Source: Zancudomyces culisetae HAW-14-8 (lineage: Eukaryota > Fungi > Kickxellomycota). Taken from it: DNA of 64,000 nucleotides. The stretch spans positions 4,712,001-4,776,000 of the forward strand of contig JBNJNM010000011.1 in assembly GCA_052426225.1 (NCBI GenBank), in the 5' to 3' direction. This document shows, piece by piece, positions 1 to 12,631 of this stretch. The number at the start of each line of letters is the position of its first letter. Position 1 is the first letter of the stretch. Under the pieces are notes generated by a model. That model was not told the origin of the DNA. It saw only the letters and a list, made by a program, of their open reading frames with translations, and did not search any database. Made by a program: the position numbers and the translations under genes.

Positions 1-651
1 AAAGCCCGATATCGAAACAGTTACAAGTACCACTAAAGCACAAAGCTTTAAGGTCCATCCAAATCCCGTTTTACTTAATAACTCTTTTAAAATGAATGAA
101 TATGACATCCCACCCATCCCAGCTCCCGCATTTATGACTCCCATACCTAGTGCCTGATATTTTTCAAACCACTGGGGTATCATTGCAAAACAACTTAAAA
201 ATGGTAGCGATGCCCCCAGCCCAAACATAAGCCCATGTGTTAATATTGTTTGCCACACCCTATGACTAAATGATGCCAGGAGTAACCCCACTGCCGCAAT
301 CACACCACCTATCCATGATACTACTCTATAGCCCAATTTGGATATAAAGTAGTTTGAAAATATAGGGAAAAACAACATAACTCCTAAGGATATCGTTCCT
401 ATCCATCCAACTGTAGACGCAGGTAGTTCCGAATATCTGTCCAGGTAATACTTTTGAAAAATCCCAAAGGAATCGATTAGGCCGACAACTGCAATGTTGA
501 TGACAAAGCAAAAAAACAAAATCATAAATGCAAATTTCCCATCACGAGGTCTCAGCAAACTCGGCGCCGGCGCGTGTTGACCATCTGTGGCAGCATCTTG
601 GCCACCTTTAATTTGTTCTCCCTTCGATATAGTAATTACAGATTTTGCCAT
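1..651 (-). CDS. MFS transporter, monocarboxylate (MCT/MCH-like) family; 5' part only, runs off the window start
   Basis: Manual translation from ATG at 651 is open to position 1: MAKSVITISKG...RDGKFAFMILFFCFVINIAVVGLIDSFGIFQKYY...GWIGTISLG...VWQTILTHGLMFGLGASLPFLSC...PQWFEKY...GFGWTLK. Clear paralog of 5947..7308. Confidence 0.9.
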   Translation of the reverse strand, partial: MAKSVITISKGEQIKGGQDAATDGQHAPAPSLLRPRDGKFAFMILFFCFVINIAVVGLIDSFGIFQKYYLDRYSELPASTVGWIGTISLGVMLFFPIFSNYFISKLGYRVVSWIGGVIAAVGLLLASFSHRVWQTILTHGLMFGLGASLPFLSCFAMIPQWFEKYQALGMGVINAGAGMGGMSYSFILKELLSKTGFGWTLKLCALVVLVTVSISGF

Positions 652-2263
652 TTAATTACGTTAGCATTAAAATCAAATCTTAGATAATGTATACGATGAA
701 TGTTCACTACGCATTTACACCTTTTCCAACATAGAGTACTATGATAAAACACAGACAAACCTAAAGGATTAAGTATATAGTTAATTCAGGAACAGTACCA
801 CTAACAAACAATAAAAGTGTTGTTTTTAGCTTTATGAAACCATTTTTTTTCTTTGCCATGTTTTTTTTTTTCACCATCACATCCTTGTACTTCCTTTTAC
901 TATTTTTTTTTACCATCCTTTTTATTTTTTAACAATCCCTTTTACATAACCTGCAGTTTTTATATTTTTTCAATAATTAATTTCAATCAGATATGGAATG
1001 GCCATAGTTTTTGCCAATAAAGACGCAAAGTAATTTTATTCAGAGGATTTATTCGCTTAATCAAAATTAAATATAAATAATGCAAACCAAACCAAAAAAA
1101 TAATCATGTGATACTATTCTAGTCAGCTTTAAGCTACTTCAGTGCAACTTGCGCATTTCCCCATTATATTTAATGAGAAAAATTTTTTATCACAAAATTA
1201 GTTTTAAAAAACCAAATTTAAACAAAAGGTAAATAAGTAGGTTTAATGTAGTTTGCTGCGTTTTAGTTTTTATCAAATTCGCTTTACTTTTGGTCTGGGG
1301 TGGGTGTAGCCAATAGGCATGCCTAAAGCTTTGAGAACCGGTTAAAAGAGTAAGCCAAAATAAAAACATCTGCATACAACATTAGTTTTGTATTTTTGTT
1401 TATATAAATTTGTCTCAGAAAAGAGCACAAATATCCCTCACTTATTAATGGTGCCTCGGAGTATGATATTTGAGAACTAGCGTAACAAACACACCACAAC
1501 TATGGGCCTATTATATAAGGTTTTTTTTTTACTGTCAAATATTTTCACGAAAATCATGAAATGTACTTGCACGTTTATTTTTCCATTTTTCTCATAAGTA
1601 GAAGGATTCTTGGTTTGTGCTTCCATAAATTCAATGTACTGTGATCTTCATGAAACAAACAATAGCGTAAGTTTGCATCAGACAATTTTTTATAAGGTAT
1701 TGGCTGTACATATGTGCAAATACAGCATATACACATAGAAATTTTGGTGGTGGCGTGACATTATTGAAAAAGTATATCAAACCCAAATTTTGTTTTGTGA
1801 TACTCTTCAGAGTAGTTTTATTTCTCTTTCTCACAAAATTCATGGTTTAATTAGATAGTTTTATTTAATAAACTTATCAAACAAAAAAATATATAGAATA
1901 AAATAAAGTATTTTGCTTCAAATGCTGTTTGCTCATCGCAGACTGTGTTTGAGTGCAAAATAGTACATGAAAGCATATATAAAGTCATGCAATGCCCAGA
2001 CGGGTGTACAATGCTGTATAGAGTACACTTGTTAACGACCTTAATATAATTGTAGTTATTTCAAAAGAAAAACAGCACAATTAGACAAAATAGTCTAAAA
2101 ATAACGCTCGTGATAAAAATATCGGATACTTATACCAATAGTATAATTCTCATCACTGGTTTTTGAGATGCTCAAAGTAGGTACGTTTATGGTTAGGAAG
2201 CCGTGTATTCATGTTTTATTGTTACAGTGATAAGCAGATATAATTCAACTATGGTATAAGCAG

Positions 2264-2995
2264 TCACCGATAATAATACATACTGTGTTTGTTTTCTGTT
2301 AAAATCAACCTTTGTTCTACGGTCAGTTCCTGATGGGCATACTTTATGTTGAGCTTTTCACACTCTACAACAATTCTAATACACTCATTTATATTTCTTC
2401 GCGCAAGTGCCGCTAAAATCAAACCATATGGTGTATTTGGGTTGTGTGGAACAGATTTAAGCTCAAAAGGCGCCTCCTCTATTTTTCTATTCCGTTTTAT
2501 CAACTTGCTCAGTTTTATGTATTCATATATTGACCAGTCAATGACAATTCTACTCTTTTTGATGTGTTTACAAAGAAAATCTATCTCTAAATTGTTTATC
2601 CGCTTCGGTAGCTCGCTGGAAATAAAGTTTTTGTACTCAATTGATTCTGGACTACCAAATTTTTTCCTAGCATTTCTATTTACACGTGCTACCAAGTCAT
2701 TAAACTTGTTTTTCTCGGGGTTATTTAGCCGCCACTCTCTCATATAACTTTTTACTACATTGTTTCTAGTACTTAGTCTTTGTGGCAGTCCTTTATCGTT
2801 TTTTCGCTTTTTCTCAGAAATATCTGAAGCGCATTCGCTATCAGAATTCAACACCTTCTTAAGGTAGTTTCCTGTTTTTGAGTTTTCCTCGACTTGGGGA
2901 TTGGGTTCGCTGCTTAATATTGTATCACGCAATGTCCCGTCTTTTAAGTTTCCATTACAAATATAATACTCATAGGCGCGTATCCTAGTATTCAT
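2264..2995 (-). CDS. DUF3020-domain-like fungal protein
   Basis: MREWRLNNPEKNKFNDLVARVNRNARKKFGSPES...FISSELPKR matches the DUF3020-type motif (W..N...NK.NDL..RVN..A...FG...S) as recalled. The frame stays open about 100 nt upstream, so a 5' exon is possible. Confidence 0.65.
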   Translation of the reverse strand: MNTRIRAYEYYICNGNLKDGTLRDTILSSEPNPQVEENSKTGNYLKKVLNSDSECASDISEKKRKNDKGLPQRLSTRNNVVKSYMREWRLNNPEKNKFNDLVARVNRNARKKFGSPESIEYKNFISSELPKRINNLEIDFLCKHIKKSRIVIDWSIYEYIKLSKLIKRNRKIEEAPFELKSVPHNPNTPYGLILAALARRNINECIRIVVECEKLNIKYAHQELTVEQRLILTENKHSMYYYR

Positions 2996-5946
2996 CTCTA
3001 CAGTGGTATGTGTGGATTGATTAGCTATACCGTTTCTGGAGTTCTCACCGATCAGGTTTTTCTTTTGGAGGCAGTCTGTAATACAAGCTAAATGTTACAT
3101 TAAACTGATCTTTGCCTACCAAGCGACTCTTTCACCTGTCTGCTTTTCTCTTGCCCTTGGTATACAGACAAAAATAACTAATTGTGAAAATAGTAGAGAA
3201 TAGGTTAAGGATATTGTTGACATTAATGCTAACGACATTGATCCCATCAACTGGACCTGAACGGGTTTAAATACAACTATCGAATCTCATCGTCTGTTTG
3301 ATTTCAAGTGCAGATTTTTGAACTTTTTTTTTCTGCGTGATTTTCCAGCTTTTTTTTAATTAGTGAAGAGAGTTTTAATTGACTTTTTTTTTCGTTATTT
3401 AGAAAGGCAGCAAATGGTCTATCAATATTGGAGTATACAGATTATGTGGTTATACCTCATTTTGGATATATTTTTTCTTCTTTTTTTGTGAACCATAAAA
3501 TCCTGCAAGATATTGCTGAATGTAAACGGTCTACAAAAAAAAAAAGACTAACCAAAAAAAAGCAGATTTAAATGCAAAAGATGGTATTATATTGACTTTA
3601 GGGTACTGATTGGCGATTTCTACCAAGTTTTTACAAAACATTTTTCTCTGCCTTGTACTATTTACTAAAAAGGCCGATTAAGTGCATTCAGATTTTTTTT
3701 TAAAAAAATAAGCAATTGTGTATAAAACAAAAAAAGCAAAGTTGATGATACCTTTTGTTTCTAAACATTACATCACCAACTGATTTCATTACAGGTTCCC
3801 ATGAAAATGGCATTAATTACATCAATTTTAAGCATTTCATTTAAAAAAAATAGGTAAATCAATGAGCTTTTTACATTGTAAACAGTCATAATGATAATTA
3901 CATGGATTTTTGCGCATTCAAGCGCAGAGCCTTGTTTTTTTACTCGCCAATTTATTGTAGACACCTTAATGTTGAACTACAATCTTGTAATTGGATTGTC
4001 TACATGTCCATGTTGATAACCAAGAATTTTTTTTTACTTTTTAATACTCATTTGTTACGTAGGATTTTTCTTCGGAACGGATTTTGCCCCTTTTTTTTTT
4101 CACCGCTGCACTCTACCTTGGTATACTGTTTTTCACTTTCTAAACTGGTATAATAATTGTAGCGAGTATATGACTTTTTTCTTGCTTTTAATGGTTTGCT
4201 AACTACTCTCAATAGGCATATAAGCCAGCGTATGTCTTGTAGAATGGTAGTAGTGAGTGAATCGCAGAACAAATCGATGTAGTTTCCAACTCCTTCGCTG
4301 AGCAAACATGATCAAGTTTGTACAGGGAATTTTTATAGTGACCGAACCCGTGCGTTTACAAACAAGGAATATCGCGCACAATTTGAATAGTCAAGCAGAT
4401 AGGTAAATCAAAAAAGGGGACTCTATGAGGTGTGTAATTGTATCTGATTGATCATTTTGTAAATCATGTCTCCCAGATTGATTTCCTTTTGTCCAGTTTG
4501 GTTCACTTAAAAATAAGTACCACATCAGAGCCCAAAAATAATGCAATGTTTATTAATTTTTACTAGGCCACTCATGTAAAATGGGACGTATAGGCATGTA
4601 TAATCTGCTGTAGTTTATGTAAAAGGGATAAAATCTGCTTTGTTCCAAATTCAAAAATTTCTTGTTCCGATGTATAATGCGCTTATTTTTTGTTTTATTC
4701 ATTGTTACAATTATCCTTGTTGACATTATTTTGTGGATGGTTGTTAAAATCGCTAGATCAAAAAAGACAAGACAGGTGGCATTCGTCGGGTAAATACATC
4801 AGCGTGTTCTATATGAACACATTCTTTTATCCAGTCGGGTTGTTCACATTTTCACATATTTACTGGCACATCTTGTTAATCAGGTTGGTAATTACCAAAA
4901 TATAAAAGCCATAGTGCTATTTTAATACAATCAGGTGGACACTACTGCTGTCTAGTCTTAAAAGTGTATTCAAATAAAATGACGTTTTTGAGTAAAAAAT
5001 AGAAAAAACCACATCTGTGCACACGTAAGCATTTGCAAACACGTCTATTAAGTCTACTGAAGATGTATATATGGTTGTATACCAATTTGTTTATATGAGA
5101 ATTATAGCTGGTTATCTCGATGTGTCAGGGGAAAAAAAGCTGATCGTAGTTTCATTACATAACTAGGGCCTCGCTTTCTTGCAGCATTTTTGCAAGTGGA
5201 ATATTACTAGATATGTATGCCGCACCAGTGATATGGGCATTTTGTGTACCATGTGCGTGTATTTGATTTTAGCAGTGTATATGATTCACCAAGTATATGT
5301 GCGTATGTTTAGCAACTGCTTTCAATATACCAACAGCATCTCAGGATAAAAATCACACCATTAAAAAATATAAGCTAATTTAAACAATGACTAATACCTG
5401 CACTACAATTCCCAAAAACTACAGGAGGGTTTGAGCAATTATTGCAAACATAGACACGCATTTATATCACTTAACAGTGAAAATATCAGTTATAATGGTA
5501 CTACTGGAACTTTATGACTTGCTTTCACCGGCTTCACACCACAAGTCAGCGACTTTGATAATGCGTTTCTTCCCCCTTTCATTTTTCCCTCATAGACTGA
5601 TTCATATCCTGAGCATTTATTGCTACCCCATGAATCGATGTTGAATTCTGACTTTCTGATTGCTAGCCATGAATCGAGTCATTAATCCACCTTTGAATTC
5701 CAGTACTCATTGAAACACCAGGATATCTAAAGACACGCCCCATTGCACATCCCAATAAAAAAAGATGTTATAAACACCTCAAGTAATACTCAGTGAATAG
5801 TTGGAGCTTGTTATCGAGAAACACATATATTAATCTCCTACTCAGAATCAAAATTCATATTAAAGTAAAACACAATGATAGCTGAAGAAAAAAAGTGATA
5901 ATAGTGATATATAAAAGCAGAAAAAAAAAACACAATAAAAGGAACT

Positions 5947-7308
5947 CTACAAGTTGAAACCGAACTTCGTTTTGGATTTTACGCGTAGAAATATCTGTGC
6001 ACTAACCAATATAAGGGCTGAAATCGCATACCCAACAGTACACATGAAAGCCAATGGGGAATAGCTTCCATGACTGACAGACATATCATAAAATGTCCCT
6101 GCAATGGGGCCACCTATAATAATACCAACAGCAACATAAACAAATACGACACCAATCACACCATTTAGTCGATGTTCTTCGTAGTGTCGACCAAGAATGG
6201 CCGGGACAATTGCCAAGAATCCAGCTGAAAACATGCCGTATAAAAATGATAAGGCCAAAAGTGCTTCAACGCTAGTTGTGCTAAGCCAGATCGCAGGCAC
6301 TATTACTGCAACTACAATGTCAGCAAAAATGACAATGTTCATCTCACCGACCTTGTCGGCGAGATATCCAAACAATAGACTACCCACCACCCCGCCAACA
6401 TTGGAGAGAATTACAGTTAGGGTAGACTGTGCCGATGTCGCGTTTCTATCCTCAATGGCAGTTGGCAAATAGTACAAAGGACCGGTATAAGCTACATCCG
6501 CAAAGAGTGTTGAAATACCGACGAGAAATATAAAAGGGTCGATTACAGCGGCCTTGTCAAATATTTTGAGCTCGCTGCTTTGAGAAGATTCGACACTTTG
6601 TTCTACCATAGCTTCTGATGAGTCAGATGAGGTGTTTTTGACCTTTTCTGTATTCGCAGCGGTAGATTTTTTTTTATTAATCCTTGGTTTCACAAAAAAG
6701 CCGGAAATGGTCAAGATTACGAACACACATATACCAGCAATTCTTAAGGACCATCCGAAACTTAAATTATCCATGACAGCCTGTGCAATTGGTGGAATTA
6801 TCATTCCGCCTATCCCACCACCAGAGTTTATAGCACCCATTCCAAAGCCCCTATATTTTTCAAACCAAAGGGGGATAATTGATATTGAGCACAAAAAGGG
6901 AAGTGATGCACCGAGTCCAAATATAAGGCCATGTGTTAGTGCAGATTGCCATACCTGTTTGCTAAATGAGGCCAGTATCAAACCAACACCTGCAACAATG
7001 GCACCAATCCATATTGTTTTGCGGTATCCCACAAAATATATAATTATTCCTGCAAATATCGAACCAAATAGCATCATACCCAGCGAAACAGTACCTATCC
7101 AACCAATCTGTGCCGCTTGTGAATCAGAATACATTTGGAGATACTCATCTTGAAATATACCGAAAGAGTTGGCCATGCCCGTAATAGCCATATTTATAAG
7201 CACGCAAAAAAACAGCACCAAGAAAGCACGCTTCCCGTCCTGCTTTGGTACGTTTGCGCGCTGATCCTCGGAGGCTGTTTGTACTGTGTTTTTTTCGAGT
7301 TGAGTCAT
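5947..7308 (-). CDS. MFS transporter, monocarboxylate (MCT/MCH-like) family
   Basis: 453 aa, about 12 hydrophobic segments; PKQDG..AF, SFGIFQ..Y, GWIG, WFEKYRGFGMG, FGWSLR, FGYLADKVG motifs. Confidence 0.92.
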   Translation of the reverse strand: MTQLEKNTVQTASEDQRANVPKQDGKRAFLVLFFCVLINMAITGMANSFGIFQDEYLQMYSDSQAAQIGWIGTVSLGMMLFGSIFAGIIIYFVGYRKTIWIGAIVAGVGLILASFSKQVWQSALTHGLIFGLGASLPFLCSISIIPLWFEKYRGFGMGAINSGGGIGGMIIPPIAQAVMDNLSFGWSLRIAGICVFVILTISGFFVKPRINKKKSTAANTEKVKNTSSDSSEAMVEQSVESSQSSELKIFDKAAVIDPFIFLVGISTLFADVAYTGPLYYLPTAIEDRNATSAQSTLTVILSNVGGVVGSLLFGYLADKVGEMNIVIFADIVVAVIVPAIWLSTTSVEALLALSFLYGMFSAGFLAIVPAILGRHYEEHRLNGVIGVVFVYVAVGIIIGGPIAGTFYDMSVSHGSYSPLAFMCTVGYAISALILVSAQIFLRVKSKTKFGFNL

Positions 7309-7530
7309 TATTGATGACGTTACTAAGACTATGACTAATACCGTTACTCCTGTTACTGTCTTTGCCTTCTTTTGTTCGTCTCTTGCTCGCGGTTCGTGTA
7401 GCGAAAAATTAGTAAATAGCTATTCAACTTCAAAGCCGTTTGTTAACAGTCATATAAAGTACGAAATCGGTCTCTTAAGAAGGCTCAAGAAAAAATAATA
7501 AAAGGAGGTAGACAGCTACGAAGAGGGCGG

Positions 7531-7540
7531 TATTTATATA
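7531..7540 (-). promoter_or_regulatory. candidate TATA box of the MFS gene
   Basis: TATATAAATA on the minus strand about 225 bp upstream of the ATG at 7308; AT-rich background limits specificity. Confidence 0.3.
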
Positions 7541-8779
7541 ATCACAGAATGAACAGAGATTGGATGCTTAAAATTTTTTTTAATGTTGTATTGAAATTGC
7601 GTGAACGCAGTTTTTTGTTATTGGTACTATGAAAATATAATTTCAAAAAGACGGATCAAGTTGTGTGTAAATGTAAAACGCAGTGGAAAAGGTAGATTTT
7701 ATTTTAACTGTAAAATATTGAGAACCTTTTGTATCGTTAGTGAGCTACTAAGGCAAAGGCAAAATGATACAAAGCGAGTTAAGTTTGCATGTGGCCAAGG
7801 TGCTCAACAAAACATATGTGAATCCAAGAGTATTTTTATAGTGGTTGTATTATGATGCACTTTTTTTGAATAATAACACTGTTATTGAATACTGATAATG
7901 ACAGATTAAGAAATAGTATATTTATCCTGATGCAATTTCAAGTGGAATGGAATGGGAGGCGTGGAAAGATCGTGAAAGTTCTAGGATTGATTAAGAGTTT
8001 TGTATGAGTATAGGTGGTAGTAAACCTTTTTTTCTGTTTTTTTGGGTTTGTTGACTAAATAAACCAGGTGAAAATACCATCTTTATTTGAGTTGATTGGG
8101 CTTTTGGCAGCCTTTCTGGTAACAAAAAAAAAAGATTGATGATAAACAACACTGCTAATAAGGCTAATTATTATTCGAAAAGAAAAAAAAAGTAAAAAAT
8201 ATCGGAATGTGATTTATTGTGAATAAAATTATCAGCCAATAATACAGAAGGTAACTACTATCAAAACAGTGGTGTAAGTGTGGGTTTTTGCATTTTCAGT
8301 GGGTTTACTGAACTTTACCACATTGGTATTCCAAAAAAAAATAATTACTAGTATGGCTACTATAACCAGCGCAAAAAAAAAAGCTTTGACTAGTCATTAA
8401 TAAAACACGAATGAAAACCAAGATAGGAAAGCAATCGAAATATAGTGGGACGCGGAAAAAACGATCGGCTATTCTGTATGTTCAGCCTTTGTTAATGTTA
8501 TTTTTTTGCTAAATAACACACACCCAAAAGATTCTAGTGACTTTACTAATAGCTGGTAAGCAGCAATGACGAAAGAAAAATGCGTATTATTTACCTGAAA
8601 AAAGCTAAACACAAGCATAGTATAGGATAAAAGTAGATGCGATAAAGATACACTTTATCAAGAAATATGGCAACTTAACAATAACAATAATAATAATAAT
8701 ACTAACACTGATTAAAACTGAAAAACGAGAAAAAATTAAATAAATAAACCAAAAAGGGAGGCATCTAAGTAAATGTAGG

Positions 8780-10528
8780 CTAAAAGTTTTCGCTAGTCAG
8801 AGAGTCGATCGTAGATAAAACTTGTTCGGCCAGAGCAGCTATTTGTAGATTGGGCTCGTCATGCGAGGACTGAGACAGATGTAGTTGGTTTGAAGTGATA
8901 TCTGTGTTATCTGCAGATGCAGATGCAGAGGCAGAGGCTATGGATTTTACAAGATCAAGGATGCGTGGGTGATTGATGACATGGCTGATAAGAATGGGGT
9001 TATTACTTTCAACGAGTTGCAGAAGGGTCCAGACACCAATTTGCAGGAAGGTAGGCATGTTGGATTGGCTAAGGAAAAGAACCAAATATTCAGAAATACC
9101 TCCAGCAGGTTCAGACCAAGTTTTAACAAAAGGTGAGTAGTCAGAAAGGTGTGCGGAAAGATTCCCTATGGCAGCGGCGCTGTTTCCAATGATGTCAATG
9201 GAGTCAGAGTGAATGAGAGGAAGCAGGACGTTGAGAAAGTCCGCGTTAAGAACCAAAGGTTTGATCTGATCGCATAAAGCCAAAACAGCTAGAGCAGCTG
9301 TCATTTCAGATTTTGTGGCGAGATTGACAAGGGGGTTAGACAAGTTGGCATAAATGTGTGGCAAAATGTTAAGCTCCACCAGCTTGATTTTAGTGACATC
9401 GCTACTGGCAGAAAGGTTGCGGAGAGTCGAGATAGCATGACAGGCAATCTCAGAGTTGAGGGGATCAGGGCTATCAAGCAATTCAATTAGCGGTGCCAAA
9501 AAGTCGCCATGAAGTAGCAGCTGCTCATTTTCAGGATGTATAGAAAGGTTCCGCAAGCAGGCCACAGCAGCTAAAACCATAGGAGGTTGTCTACTAGTAA
9601 CCATGCGTTGCAACGGTTCCAGTCCACCAGCTCGCACAATTTTGAGCTGAAACTCATCATCACTTGCCAAGTTTCGAAGAGCCAATGCTGCCTGGCATCG
9701 AATTTTTGGCACCTGCTCATCCATCAGTCGCACCAGTTTAGGAAGCAGCGCTGGTTCGCTAATGTGTAGCTGTGCTCTAGATGCTGCATCAACTGCTATA
9801 TTACTCACTGCAGTTGTGCAGTAGTATCTCACGTCAACATCTGTAGCGTCCAACAGCTCCACAAGTACATGTACTACCCCTGCGTTTACCAATTGTTGCC
9901 GGTTCTCTGCAGAATGAGTCATGTTCAGCAGGGCTCCTGTTGCATTACGCTGTACTCGCACATCCTTCGACTTGGCCAACCGGCTTAAAGGTAGCAACGC
10001 ACCACTCTTAGCTATCTTTGCCTTGTTTTCTTCTGCTGTTGCCAGGTTTGTTATGCACCCTACTGCATTACATTGTGCTTCTTTATTTGGTGATAGCATT
10101 TGTCTAATAAGGGGCTCTAATCCCCCTATCTTTACTATCAGAATCTTGTTTTTTGAATTCACCGCCAGATTCCCCAGCGCCGCAGACGCCCCTCGCTGAA
10201 CCTCAATGTCGGGAGACTGAAGCAAGTACAAGATTGGCTCCAGCGCCTCTCTGCTCACCGCTCTTACATCTATTTCGCTAACTTCACTGAACGCTATAGC
10301 TGCAGACTTTTGTAATTCGATGTGTCCACTGTATGCCAGCGTCGACAGGGCTCGTAGTGGTTCTCCTTCGTAAAAATTTACATCTGCCCGATTTTCAAAG
10401 TACTGGATTAATTGATTCACCGCTTGCCGCTCCATGTCTGCCATGAGTGGCTCTGTATCTCCTCCATTATCCTCCTTGCTCTTTATACAAAATAGCTTAC
10501 TACACATTGCCTTGCATATCTCAAACAT
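8780..10528 (-). CDS. VAC8: Vacuolar protein 8 (armadillo-repeat protein)
   Basis: ARM repeats with Vac8-diagnostic segments: [12 protein letters not shown]...[60 protein letters not shown]. Confidence 0.95.
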   Translation of the reverse strand: MFEICKAMCSKLFCIKSKEDNGGDTEPLMADMERQAVNQLIQYFENRADVNFYEGEPLRALSTLAYSGHIELQKSAAIAFSEVSEIDVRAVSREALEPILYLLQSPDIEVQRGASAALGNLAVNSKNKILIVKIGGLEPLIRQMLSPNKEAQCNAVGCITNLATAEENKAKIAKSGALLPLSRLAKSKDVRVQRNATGALLNMTHSAENRQQLVNAGVVHVLVELLDATDVDVRYYCTTAVSNIAVDAASRAQLHISEPALLPKLVRLMDEQVPKIRCQAALALRNLASDDEFQLKIVRAGGLEPLQRMVTSRQPPMVLAAVACLRNLSIHPENEQLLLHGDFLAPLIELLDSPDPLNSEIACHAISTLRNLSASSDVTKIKLVELNILPHIYANLSNPLVNLATKSEMTAALAVLALCDQIKPLVLNADFLNVLLPLIHSDSIDIIGNSAAAIGNLSAHLSDYSPFVKTWSEPAGGISEYLVLFLSQSNMPTFLQIGVWTLLQLVESNNPILISHVINHPRILDLVKSIASASASASADNTDITSNQLHLSQSSHDEPNLQIAALAEQVLSTIDSLTSENF

Positions 10529-11709
10529 CTTTTATCATTTATTGACGCTTTCTTTTGTTGCGCTTATTTATTTATTTTTGGATTTATTCTCTGTATAATG
10601 TATAACATCCAGATTTATATCTATATAATTACAGAAACTTTTCTAGAATTCGATATATTTAATTCAAAATCCACTGTATTTCCCTCCAAAATAAACTCTA
10701 AAATATAAAAAAACACTTACCAATTCTGTAAGTCAGCTTTTCCTGAAAATGCCAACCCTTTCCCGTCCTTTTTTGTTGACAAAAATCTCTATTGGTACTA
10801 ATTCTTGTTATCTGTATGGAGAGTACATTTAACAAACCCTTCCTTCAATATCTATATCCTCTAACTTCTTAAAAAACGCCAAAGAGTATATATTTTCTAC
10901 AATTGTAAGATTTGGCAATAGAAATAACGATTCTTGGTTTTACTTTCCTTTTCATATAATGTTGGATATACTAACAACTATTCCATTCAACTATTTGTTT
11001 CAATGTTTTTTTTTTTGGCTGATAAATAGCTTCGCTTTTAAACCCAACTGAGTAATGTGGGTTTATTACGAATTACGAATGTCCAATTAAAAACTAGTTT
11101 AAATCTGTTTTAAAGCTGGTTGGTTTTACACAAAGTTGTAAAGCTCATAATTTGTACCAGGAAACTCAACTGGGAATTGCAAAGGCTTTCTAATACTTTT
11201 GGGGAAGGGAAGCTGCCAAGTTTAATGAAAAACGCTTTTTTACCAAAGCGTTTACCACAATACCTAACAAAAACAATTTACGAGAAATAACAGAAGTGTA
11301 AACACGAAATCCAACAATTTTTTGCTTAAATGCACCAGTTATGTTACTATGTTGTTAACATTTTAGTATTTTTTTTTTGCAAGGTGTTATTGTGAACTTT
11401 AATTGTGTAAAAGATATACAATATAAAGGAAATAACCAACCCATTATATAGAATACTGAGTAGTACGCTGACTCTTGCAGTGTAGTTTCGTATTTTGTGT
11501 GTGCGCTTTATCTCACTCATCCCAGATTAGTTACAGCAACATCACGTTGATGTATATATCCACGTAACACATCTCTAATGCATTGCCTATTATTTTCTTT
11601 TGGTGGATAATTTGCCTAATTAGCCCTGAAACGATAATTGTTTAGCATTATAAATAGAATCTCGATAATTTCGAAAATAGTAAATTTCCGGGTATTAAAC
11701 TCCAAGTTT

Positions 11710-11845
11710 CAGAGAATGGCGAATAGCTGTAACTCCTCTTCGCTAAAACATTCACCCCATTCGCCAATACTTCACCCTCTAATCACGAACTGCGTTTCAC
11801 AATCCTCAATAAATCTGTCCAATCTTAGCCGCTGAATTATTTATG
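11710..11845 (-). pseudogene. possible decayed LTR-retrotransposon gag fragment
   Basis: The minus strand reads K*FSG*D / (frameshift) LDRFIEDCETQFVIRG*SIGEWGECF, similar to the FxG...F...CE..F......W pattern of Ty3/Gypsy Gag N-termini. It has stops and a frameshift and is short, so support is weak. Confidence 0.25.
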
Positions 11846-12631
11846 GTCACCATATTGGTTTGCGGCTATTCGAATTATTCTAACTGTGAATACGTGATGG
11901 GATGGATTTGGTTAAAAACATGTGATTGAGGTACAGAGACCATTTTGTAAGCATCCGCAGTTCAGTGGCGCTGATAACCAGAAACGAAGTGCCTTTTTGA
12001 GCCTCAAACCTCACGCACACTTTGCGAGTGCTGATTGTACCTTACCACCTCTCTTCCCCTCCCCTCCACTTCCAACATCGCACTTTATATGTAGATAGAC
12101 GAAGGTACATTCATTTAAAGTGGTATATTAATAACTGAACTTGCATTTAATAAAATGAAGAGGTATGATTTCCATTACTTGAATACGCAGAGTATTGTGT
12201 TAGACCAAACCTGGAGGTGGGGATATACAAAGCGTAGCTTTTGGCTACCAAAGCCGGGGTTCGGTTGACAGCACAACCTTAGCTCGCTTTAGAAAACCCA
12301 TGCTGAATTGCACAAAAGTTCAGTACTACATATAGAATTAGTTTCACACCAACCTCGCTACAGAAGTTGTCAGCAAACATCAATCTACACCTGGAACCAG
12401 TTATTCAAGTATCAGTGACCATTTACTTGGTTTTATGTGATGTTTATTTAAGAAATTCATCTAAGCAAAAAAAAAATGTGACCATTTCTCAAATAAACAA
12501 AAACAGAAACAAAATAAAAGATGACATATGTTGAAGTAAAATATGGGATGTTGGAATATGAGTCAGAAAGAATGCGAGTTGACTCACTCCTTTAAAAAAA
12601 ATCATTTTCCTATTTTGAGTATGAGTTCAAA

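Noticed and set aside
3700-5900. Short ORFs (e.g. 4048..4305) and an imperfect direct repeat ATTGCTA(C/G)..CATGAATCGA at about 5618/5659
   Set aside because: No homology pattern or convincing splice model; the repeat is too short to interpret.
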